NCBI GenBank assembly: GCA_963664725.1
Contig: OY761558.1
Coordinates: 364,414 to 428,413, forward strand
Reading direction: 5' to 3'
Source of the DNA: Dehalococcoidia bacterium
GTDB taxonomy: Bacteria; Chloroflexota; Dehalococcoidia; Lucifugimonadales; UBA3495
Length of the DNA: 64,000 bases
Position numbers and translations under genes: made by a program. The notes beneath the pieces are model-generated. The model was not told where the DNA came from and ran no database searches. It saw only the letters and a program-made list of their open reading frames with translations. How positions within the stretch are numbered: the stretch's first letter is position 1; each line of letters starts with the position of its first letter. Below are positions 54,365 to 61,930 of the stretch, piece by piece.

Positions 54365-54422
54365 CTCGGAATTCGCCTGGCGGTTCAGTCGCCAGTTTAA
54401 TTTCAGACCCAAGGAGCGCGGC

Positions 54423-55166
54423 GTGCCCAATCCGCTGTCTTCACTGTTGGGCTCCGCCACCAAAGCGACTCTGGACCTGGTCTTGCCCCTCCATTGCCTT
54501 GGATGCGGGCGACAGGGAGAGATAATCTGTTCTGCCTGCGTGCCCAGTCTGTCTCCATTGGAACCGCCCTTTTGCGAGATCTGCGCCGACCCGGGCGTTA
54601 TTGGCCTTTGCCGAAACTGCCTTAGCCAGCGCCGCTCAGCTTCAAACTCTCTTTCAGGCATCAGGGCGCCTTTCCTGTTGGAAGGCCTGGTCCAGGAAGC
54701 AATCCACTCTTTCAAGTACCGAAATTACCGCGCCGCTGCTCCGCTTTTGGGGAGCCTGATGGCAGGTTACCTGGCTGAGAATTTCCTGCCAGGGGAAGTG
54801 ATTGTTCCGGTACCCCTGCACCCTCGAAGACTGCGGGAACGGGGCTACAATCAGGCCCAGTTGCTGGCCTCGGAACTCGGAAAGGCTGCAGGTTTGCCGG
54901 TTGAAGGGAAGTTGTTGAGCCGCACCCGAAATTCTGCGCCACAGGTCCGCGCCATCGACGGCAACCTGCGACGCGCCAACACGGCGGGGGCATTCGCTTG
55001 CGAGGAAGACCTGGCAGGAGCAGCCTGCATCCTGGTGGACGATGTCTGCACCACGGGCAGCACCCTGAATGCCTGTGCTGAAGTGCTGGCGGCGGCGGGG
55101 GCAGCGCAGGTATGGGGGTTGACACTGGCACGGGAAGCACTGGATTCGGACCTGCCACTATTCTGA
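54423..55166 (+). CDS. comF: ComF-family phosphoribosyltransferase-like protein
   Basis: N-terminal Cys pairs (CLGCG..CSAC, CEIC..CRNC) and C-terminal PRTase motif ILVDDVCTTGSTL. Confidence 0.8.
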   Translation: MPNPLSSLLGSATKATLDLVLPLHCLGCGRQGEIICSACVPSLSPLEPPFCEICADPGVIGLCRNCLSQRRSASNSLSGIRAPFLLEGLVQEAIHSFKYRNYRAAAPLLGSLMAGYLAENFLPGEVIVPVPLHPRRLRERGYNQAQLLASELGKAAGLPVEGKLLSRTRNSAPQVRAIDGNLRRANTAGAFACEEDLAGAACILVDDVCTTGSTLNACAEVLAAAGAAQVWGLTLAREALDSDLPLF

Positions 55167-55383
55167 CACCGGGCTATCCGTACTAGCCCATATAACCTAA
55201 ACCGAAGCCGGAGTGGGACGTGCATTTCCATAGAAGGCTTGCACGGCAATCGCGTTTTAGATTCAGACTACAGGTGGCAGACATCCGCCAGGCATAAGTC
55301 ATGCCGCCCTGAACTTGCCGAAGGGCCTGAAATCCTGCACGTCAACCCGGGTACGGGCGCCCAACTCGGCCTGTGGGATGGAG

Positions 55384-55926
55384 TTTAGATTCTTCACTCC
55401 GTTCAGAATGACAATCTAATCATAATGCGATTGCCCTGAGAGGGCATGCCCACCCCGGGTCAGAATTGCCTTCTTCCATACCGTCGATGTGAGTGAAGCG
55501 ACGGATCCAGACTTCTAGAGGTCGGGAACGTATTTGGCAGCCAAGATTTCAGATCCTTCACTTCGTTCAGGATGACAGTCTTTCACCAAATGACAATCTA
55601 ATCATAATGCGATTGCCCTGAGAGGGCATGCCCACCCCGGGTCAGAATTGCCATCTTCCATACCGTCGATGTGAGTGAAGCGACGGTTCCAGACTTCTAG
55701 AGGTCGGGAACGTATTTGGCAGGCAGGATTTCAGATCCTTCACTTCGTTCAGGATGACAGTCTTTCACCAAATGACAATCTAATCATAATGAGATTGCCC
55801 TGAGAGGGCATGCCCACCCCGGGTCAGAATTGCCATCTTCCATACCGTCGATGTGAGTGAAGCGACGGTTCCAGACTTCTAGAGGTCGGGAACGTATTTG
55901 GCAGGCAGGATGACAGTCTTTCACCA
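55384..55926. repeat. Tandem array of a 182-bp unit (two full copies plus truncated flanking copies)
   Basis: Unit starts (ATGACAATCTAATC) lie at 55408, 55590 and 55772. Copies 1 and 2 differ at 4 positions by eye. Copy 3 has 1 mismatch plus a 26-nt deletion. A partial unit sits at 55384-55407. Confidence 0.9.
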
Positions 55927-56057
55927 GCAGGTCATCCTTCCCCAACAGGTCATCATTGTGAACCTTCCATCGTGGCTCTGGTATAGAAAGGGACAGGAGA
56001 CTGCGGCATTTGAGCCGTGTCTCCTGTCCCTTCAACTATGGAACAATGGTCTTCGGG

Positions 56058-56717
56058 CTACGGTTCGCTGCGGTCCCAGCCGGGCAGGGCGTGGTAGCCT
56101 ACCTCGGGAACGTCGACCGCGACCTCCAGGCCCTGGGCCTTCTTGAGCCGCTGGATGTTGTACAGGTGGGTCATGTACTCAAAATAGCGGTGCCGGAAAG
56201 TGGCTACCAGGTCGATGTACCCCCACGGCGGGTCACTCGGGTCTTCCCGCACACCGTCGGGGTGGGCTTCGAGCCAGTGTAGCTGGCCGCTGACGGAACT
56301 ACGCAATTCCTTGCTGCGCATGGAGTCCACCGTCTCTGTCTCCAGGATAGAGCAGACGAAATCCATGCTCTTGCGCATCACTGCAAATATATCGTCAACC
56401 TGCCAGTACTTGGTCTCGTCCAGCCGGCGGTCGTAGGGGGAATCAATGATTCCCTCCCAGTCGTCAATCTCGGGCAGGCCGTCGGTGAACAGGTTTTCAC
56501 CCCACCGCTGGAGCAGCCAGCGGAAATCGCCGGAAGCCACGTGGCTCAGGTTGAAGCGGATACTCCATTCACTCCAGCCCCACCGGTCGGAAGTGAAGTC
56601 CAGTTGCTCGTCGGTCAAGCCGGCAAGTTCCTGGCGGTACATGTCGTAGATTTCCTGCCGGAACTGGGGAAACACCTCAATGCCGGGGGTATCCCCGCTG
56701 AATTCTGGCTGGGTCAT
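56058..56717 (-). CDS. DinB-superfamily-like protein
   Basis: ...LAGLTDEQLDFTSDRWGWSEWSIRFNLSHVASGDFRWL... fits the DinB four-helix-bundle pattern. The assignment is tentative. Confidence 0.4.
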   Translation of the reverse strand: MTQPEFSGDTPGIEVFPQFRQEIYDMYRQELAGLTDEQLDFTSDRWGWSEWSIRFNLSHVASGDFRWLLQRWGENLFTDGLPEIDDWEGIIDSPYDRRLDETKYWQVDDIFAVMRKSMDFVCSILETETVDSMRSKELRSSVSGQLHWLEAHPDGVREDPSDPPWGYIDLVATFRHRYFEYMTHLYNIQRLKKAQGLEVAVDVPEVGYHALPGWDRSEP

Positions 56718-56785
56718 CGGGTTTCACCTCTTTATCAGGTTATTGATTGAAAGACTGCCGGCTTCGGCGTCTCAGGGCAAGAATC

Positions 56786-57367
56786 TTACGGGCGCACCCA
56801 GGTCTCCGACCAAGCCAGGCAAGCGCTGCTGCTCTGCTTGTCGCCGCGCATCTCCAGCCAGGGCTCGCCCTCCACGACATTGCCGTTAAGGGTCAACTGG
56901 GCCCGGCGGGAAGGAATGAAGCAGCTGTAAACGCCGTGGGGTCGGCCGGGGACGGTCCCTGCCTCCACCCGCAGCATGTAGGGTTCCAAGAAGTCGTACC
57001 AGGTCAGGTGAATCTCCTCGTCGTCGCTAAGCACCTTCTCGGTCCAGAAAGAGCGCACGTCGCCCGACTTGGTGAACTCGGCGTCCATTACCGGAATCTC
57101 CTGGTCGGCGAATTCGGGGAAGAGCAGGCATTCAATCTCGTCCTGGAGCCAGCGGGCCAGGGCAATATTGTCGGCGTAGATGCGGACCTCGTTGTCCATC
57201 TCATCGCTCTTAATGAAGAGAACGTGGCCGGCGCCGGCAGGGGAATACAGGACCCGCCAGTGGCTGGTGCGGGTGGCCTGGTTGGCGCCACCGTCGTGGG
57301 AAAGACGAATGAAGGAGTTTTCGCCGGTGAGTCGTATCTGGTTTGGGTCGATGGGACTGGTAGTCAT
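56786..57367 (-). CDS. Hypothetical 193-aa protein
   Basis: Clean ORF co-oriented between the HMGL-like and DinB-like genes. No family recognised. Confidence 0.5.
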   Translation of the reverse strand: MTTSPIDPNQIRLTGENSFIRLSHDGGANQATRTSHWRVLYSPAGAGHVLFIKSDEMDNEVRIYADNIALARWLQDEIECLLFPEFADQEIPVMDAEFTKSGDVRSFWTEKVLSDDEEIHLTWYDFLEPYMLRVEAGTVPGRPHGVYSCFIPSRRAQLTLNGNVVEGEPWLEMRGDKQSSSACLAWSETWVRP

Positions 57368-57459
57368 GGTTTAATGCCCTCGCGCCCTCATATGGGGCGG
57401 TTTAGTCTAGTCAGCTGAGGCCAGGCCCCAGATCAATCGAATTTTGTTCTTCAAACGTT

Positions 57460-57488
57460 AGGGCCACCCAAAAAGAGTGGCCCTTTTT
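57460..57488. terminator. Hairpin GGGCCAC/GTGGCCC with a T-run on the plus side
   Basis: GGGCCACCCAAAAAGAGTGGCCC followed by TTTTT, located downstream of the minus-strand HMGL-like gene. Confidence 0.4.
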
Positions 57489-57511
57489 GCCGCTTGGCTC
57501 TGCTCTCTCGC

Positions 57512-58696
57512 TTAGTCCTTCGCCGGGAACCAGTCTTGCTTCCAGGGGAAGTCCCCATCGGCGGAGTCGAAGGCCGGCTGACCGTTTTCCACCCGCTCGC
57601 GGTAGGGGCTGGCGATGGGCTCGCGGTAGGGGTAGATGCCGCCTTCGTAGACACTGGGGCCCACCTTGAAGTGCCGGGCCTGTTCCAGGGTTTCCACGAA
57701 GGGCATGTTCATATCGTAAAGCTGGTCGACCCGCTTGGGGCGGGGACCGGCCTTGGAGACGTGACCGTACAGTTCGCGGCCGATGATGCGCTCGGCCATC
57801 CAGACGCAGTCAATGAGCTTGTCGATGTCCACACCGGTATCGACGCCCATGTCCTCCATCATGTGGAGCAGGTCCTCGGTGGGGGCCATGCCGGTGGCGC
57901 GGCCGTTGCCGCAGTAGGGGCAGCCGCCGTACCCGCCGATGGTGCCGTCCAGTTCCAGGGTGTCATCGGGGGTCAGGGTGCGCATGGCAGCGTAGGCCGA
58001 GGCGATGGCCATGTTGCGGCCGTTATGCAGGTGCAGGCGGAAATGGTTGATTTCGGGCCAGCGTTCCTTGACGCGGGTGATGCTCTCCTCCACCTTGGCG
58101 GGAGTGCAGTGGCTCATGGGGTCGCCCATGGAGCAGCTAACCACCTTGATGCCGACCTCGTCCCACATCCCGTGCTGCTTCTCAAACAGGGTCATCAGGT
58201 TATCCACGGGAAACTCTCCAAGGAAGTTGGAACCCCAGCTGGCGTTGCAGCCGATGCCGGCTTCCCGGATGTTGAGTTCCTGGGCCTGGGCGACGATCTG
58301 GGGCCAGCGCTCCATTTCATCCATCTGGGAGCGGTTGGTGTTGCGGCGCACGAACACGTCGCACATATGGCAGTTCAGTCGGGGATAAGGGTCCCGCTCA
58401 ATGGTCAGGGGCGGCGAATAGGCACGGGCCCGCTCCACACCGCGGGAGTTCAGTGCCAGGGCGGTGTAGGTTACGTCAGGATTTGGATTGAACCGGCCGA
58501 CGATGTCGTCAATCCGCTCCATCTGGGGCGTCCACTTGGGGCTGACGAAGGAACCGACCACGATCTGCCTCAGGCCAGTCTCCGACAAAGCGTCCAGCAG
58601 TTCAATCTTGTCATCAACGCCAATAGCGGCGTCTTCGATCTGCATGCCTTCCCGCATGCCTTCTTCCTTATAGACTACCTTGGGCCACTCGTACAT
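57512..58696 (-). CDS. HMGL-like (pyruvate carboxyltransferase / HMG-CoA lyase family) protein with C-terminal extension
   Basis: GSFVSPKWTPQM, HLHNGRNMAIASAYAAM and GGYGGCPYCGNGRATGMAPTEDL parallel HMG-CoA lyase blocks. About 90 extra C-terminal residues. Confidence 0.75.
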   Translation of the reverse strand: MYEWPKVVYKEEGMREGMQIEDAAIGVDDKIELLDALSETGLRQIVVGSFVSPKWTPQMERIDDIVGRFNPNPDVTYTALALNSRGVERARAYSPPLTIERDPYPRLNCHMCDVFVRRNTNRSQMDEMERWPQIVAQAQELNIREAGIGCNASWGSNFLGEFPVDNLMTLFEKQHGMWDEVGIKVVSCSMGDPMSHCTPAKVEESITRVKERWPEINHFRLHLHNGRNMAIASAYAAMRTLTPDDTLELDGTIGGYGGCPYCGNGRATGMAPTEDLLHMMEDMGVDTGVDIDKLIDCVWMAERIIGRELYGHVSKAGPRPKRVDQLYDMNMPFVETLEQARHFKVGPSVYEGGIYPYREPIASPYRERVENGQPAFDSADGDFPWKQDWFPAKD

Positions 58697-58866
58697 TAGA
58701 ATCCTCCTCTTATTGAAGGCTCTCTGGCAGGTAAGAATTGGCGGGATTGTAGGATTTTACTGCTTCGATTGTCAAGGAAAGGGTAGTTCCACATAGGGGC
58801 CTGTAATGATGACAACGGCTACTGGAGACTGCCAGTGGATGGCATTGCCACTTCATCATGGGGCTA

Positions 58867-58895
58867 TTGACCCCCATTTTGGGGCGTGGTAGCTT
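58867..58895 (+). promoter_or_regulatory. Promoter-like element with palindromic spacer upstream of the acyl-CoA ligase gene
   Basis: TTGACC (58867-58872), a 17-nt spacer containing CCCCATTTTGGGG, then TAGCTT (58890-58895). Confidence 0.35.
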
Positions 58896-58943
58896 GACTG
58901 AAAATTCACCTCGGCGTGCCGCTCAAGAACGGCGGCACTGCAT

Positions 58944-60647
58944 TTGTCATACAGCGGCAAAATCGTATTGGCCGGACGGTATATGGACGGGCATGAAGCA
59001 GGGGAAAGGGCTACCTGGGAACTGTCCCTGGGAGAGTTTCTGGAAGGCGCGGTCAGCCGGAATGCTGAAAAGGTGTTCCTGCGAATTGTGGGGCAGGAAA
59101 TAACCTACGGACAATTCTACGCGCGGGTCCGGCAGGCGGCGGGGATGTTCAGGGACCTGGGCATCGACCGCGGCGATCGGGTCTGCCTGTTCCTGCCCAA
59201 CGTGCCAGAGTTTCATTACTGCTGGTTCGGCCTTTCCCTGTTGGGGGCCATCAGCGTGCCGGTGAACGTGGCCTACCGGCGGGATGAAGCGGCGTATATT
59301 TTTGACAACGCGGGGGCAACCGCCGTGGTGTCTCACCACACATTGCTGGATGTTGCCGAGGCTGCGGCTGAAATTTCCCCCAGCGTAAAGCACAAACTGG
59401 TGGTGACAACTCCCCTGGAATCGGAAGTTCCCGGGTCGGAGGATTCCCGAGTGCCCCCAGCAGCCATCGAAAACGGGTGGCTTGAATTTGGCGCAACGAT
59501 GGCAGACGCCGAGGAAGTTAGTGACCTACCCCTGGTGGACCCTGGGGAAATTTCGATGCTGGTGTATACCTCCGGCACCACCGGCAACCCAAAGGGAGTG
59601 CAGGTAACCCACCTGATGTATGTGGCGGCGGGCCAGGGTTTTGCCCACTGGACCGAGGCCAACCCGGAAGACCGATTCTTCACCTGCCTGCCATTCTTCC
59701 ACGCCAACGCGCAGTACTATTCCACCATGGGTTGCCTGGCGGCGGGGGCGACGCTGGTGGTGGCGGAGCGATTCAGCGCATCCCGCTTCTGGGACCAGGT
59801 GCGCGAGGCTGATGCCACGGTGGTCAACTTCATAGGGATGATGATGCCCGTGCTTGCCAAGCAGCCGGAATCGGACATGGACCGCCGGAACAACGTGCGC
59901 CTCTTCTACGGGTCGCCGGCCTTTTCACCGGAGTTTCTCCAGGCTTTCCAGGAACGCTTCAATACCGACATTATCGTCGGCTTCGGTATGACCGAGACCT
60001 GCTATGGCGCCATCGAGAAGATCGGGCAGGAACGCCGACCGAATTCCTCCGGCCAGCCCCGCCTGCACCCTGACCCGACGTTCGTCAATCACATAAGGAT
60101 TGTGGACGACGACGGCAACCCAGTTGCCGAAGGTAAGCCGGGGGAGATTACCATCAGCAATCCGGCGCTAATGCCCGGTTACTGGCGAAACCAGGAACAG
60201 ACCGACCTGGCCCTGAGGAACGGGTGGCTCCACACGGGAGACCTGGGCTGGCAGGATGAGGACGGGTTTCTCTATTTCGTGGACCGGAAGAAGGACGTTA
60301 TCCGCCGGCGGGGAGAGAACATCTCATCCCAGGAAGTGGAGGACGTTATCAAGCGCCACCCCACGGTGCTGGACTGTGCCGTCATCGCCGTGCCGTCGGA
60401 ACTGGGGGAGGACGACGTCAAGGCCTACGTTACACCCCGACCGCCGGCCGCCGTTGACGAGGAGACAATCATTCGCTGGTGCGCCGAGCACCTGGCCTAC
60501 TTCAAGGTCCCGCGCTACATCGAGGTTCGAGACGAACTGCCCCGGACGCCCAGCCTGCGAGTGCGGAAGGACCTTCTTCGGCAGGAGCGGGAGGATTTGA
60601 TCTCGGGGTCTTTTGACAGGGAGACGGCCGGAATCCGCATCAGGTAG
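58944..60647 (+). CDS. AMP-dependent acyl-CoA synthetase/ligase (CaiC/FadD-like)
   Basis: MLVYTSGTTGNPKGV, GFGMTET and WLHTGDLG...DRKKDVIRRRGENI. TTG 58944 or ATG 58983 as the start. Confidence 0.85.
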   Translation: MSYSGKIVLAGRYMDGHEAGERATWELSLGEFLEGAVSRNAEKVFLRIVGQEITYGQFYARVRQAAGMFRDLGIDRGDRVCLFLPNVPEFHYCWFGLSLLGAISVPVNVAYRRDEAAYIFDNAGATAVVSHHTLLDVAEAAAEISPSVKHKLVVTTPLESEVPGSEDSRVPPAAIENGWLEFGATMADAEEVSDLPLVDPGEISMLVYTSGTTGNPKGVQVTHLMYVAAGQGFAHWTEANPEDRFFTCLPFFHANAQYYSTMGCLAAGATLVVAERFSASRFWDQVREADATVVNFIGMMMPVLAKQPESDMDRRNNVRLFYGSPAFSPEFLQAFQERFNTDIIVGFGMTETCYGAIEKIGQERRPNSSGQPRLHPDPTFVNHIRIVDDDGNPVAEGKPGEITISNPALMPGYWRNQEQTDLALRNGWLHTGDLGWQDEDGFLYFVDRKKDVIRRRGENISSQEVEDVIKRHPTVLDCAVIAVPSELGEDDVKAYVTPRPPAAVDEETIIRWCAEHLAYFKVPRYIEVRDELPRTPSLRVRKDLLRQEREDLISGSFDRETAGIRIR

Positions 60648-60783
60648 CTGCAGGGGGCGCAGGCGAGGACATTTATCTTCATTTTCCTTAACTCTCTCCA
60701 AATCGGCTATAATCTGGTAAGTGCAGGACGTGGGGATACGATTACGCATTCTGCTCAAAAAACTGGACGCAGGCGAGGGTGAT

Positions 60784-61131
60784 ATGAACAAGGTTGAAGC
60801 CATTATCCGACCGGAAATGCTGAATGCGGTTAAAGATGCTCTGGCCGAGGCGGGTGTGACGGGAATCAACGTGGCCCAGGTAACGGGACGCGGCGCCCAG
60901 AGGGGCATCGAAGTGGGCGGTCCGAGGGGAGTCGCCGGCGGCTATGTGATCGACATGCTGCCCAAGGTGAAGCTGGAGACTGTGGTCAAGGACGAAGACA
61001 CGCAAAAGGCCATCGACATCATTATCGAAAAGTCGCGCACCGGCATCATTGGCGACGGCAAGATATTCATAAGCCCCGTGGCCAACGCCATCAGGATCCG
61101 CACCGGAGAAGAAGGGGAAATAGCCCTCTAA
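60784..61131 (+). CDS. P-II (GlnB/GlnK-like) signal-transduction protein with atypical T-loop
   Basis: MNKVEAIIRPEMLNAVKDAL... and ...TGIIGDGKIFISPVANAIRIRTGEEG. The T-loop reads GRGAQRGIEVGGPRGVAGGYVIDMLPK. Start at ATG 60784. Confidence 0.8.
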   Translation: MNKVEAIIRPEMLNAVKDALAEAGVTGINVAQVTGRGAQRGIEVGGPRGVAGGYVIDMLPKVKLETVVKDEDTQKAIDIIIEKSRTGIIGDGKIFISPVANAIRIRTGEEGEIAL

Positions 61132-61307
61132 GTTCACGCCGAAGAGAGACTGCCTCTTGCACCCTGTGTCTATGAGATGTTTCGCGGGTTTACGGGTTGG
61201 TTCGCGCCTGCTTTTCTGAGGCGCCAACACTGTCTGTAAAGCCGGAATCGGCGGATTGAACTGAGTCTGGAAGATGTGCCAACCCCGGGGCTGCTCTGGA
61301 GGACAAC

Positions 61308-61796
61308 ATGGCAGATAGAAGGTACTGGCTGTTCAAATCGGAGCCATCCAATTACTCCTTCCAGGACCTGCTGGGCGAAGAAGACCAGGTCGCCGAGTGG
61401 GACGGTGTCCGCAATTACCAGGTGCGTAATTTCATGCGGGACGAAATGAAGGTGGGGGACGGAGTCCTGTTCTACCACAGCAGCGCCAAACCAACGGCGG
61501 TCATGGGCACCGCCAGCGTCGTCCGTGAGGCATACCCGGACCACACTGCCTGGGAGGTCGGCGCCAAGTATTATGACCCCAAGAGCAACCCGGACGACCC
61601 CACCTGGCTTATGGTGGACATCAAGGCAGACCAGGAGTTTGCCCGCCCCGTTACCCTCCAGGAGATCAAGGACAACCCAAAGCTGCAAGGCATGATGGTA
61701 GTCAAACGCGGAGTGCGAATTTCAATCCAGCCAGTGGATAAAGCCGACTGGGACGAAATAATCGCCCTGGGCATGAGTGACCAACCCGCCCCCTAG
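61308..61796 (+). CDS. EVE (PUA-like, DUF55) domain protein
   Basis: YWLFKSEPSNYSFQDL...WDGVRNYQVRNFMRDEMKVGDGVLFYHS. Confidence 0.85.
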   Translation: MADRRYWLFKSEPSNYSFQDLLGEEDQVAEWDGVRNYQVRNFMRDEMKVGDGVLFYHSSAKPTAVMGTASVVREAYPDHTAWEVGAKYYDPKSNPDDPTWLMVDIKADQEFARPVTLQEIKDNPKLQGMMVVKRGVRISIQPVDKADWDEIIALGMSDQPAP

Positions 61797-61869
61797 CAGT
61801 CAACCAATTCGATACAGAAGGCCGGACAGAGGGCTGGCGCCCGGCTTTCCCTCGGCACAAGAAAAACAA

Positions 61870-61904
61870 CCCCGGGGCAAAGGTATATGCCCCGGGGCCT
61901 TTTT
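61870..61904. terminator. Bidirectional intrinsic terminator
   Basis: CCCCGGGGC (61870-61878) pairs with GCCCCGGGG (61889-61897). It is flanked by AAAAACAA upstream and CTTTTTG downstream and lies between convergent genes. Confidence 0.7.
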
Positions 61905-61930
61905 GTGCTGCAAATTCTTAACCCGTTCGT

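Noticed and set aside
52894-55166. Ribokinase, Zn-ribbon NUDIX and ComF-like PRTase as a dedicated new nucleotide or ADP-ribose salvage system.
   Set aside because: All three are common housekeeping families. The co-orientation is suggestive, but the genes do not overlap and I could see no unusual domain features.
55384-55926. Possible CRISPR array.
   Set aside because: The entire 182-bp unit is repeated head-to-tail with no unique spacers. There are no 25-40-bp repeats alternating with spacers, and no cas genes in the window.
61308-61796. EVE-domain protein as part of a modification-dependent restriction or defence system.
   Set aside because: It is a stand-alone ~160-aa EVE protein with its own terminator. 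It has no fused or adjacent nuclease, methylase or ATPase, and the neighbours are metabolic genes.
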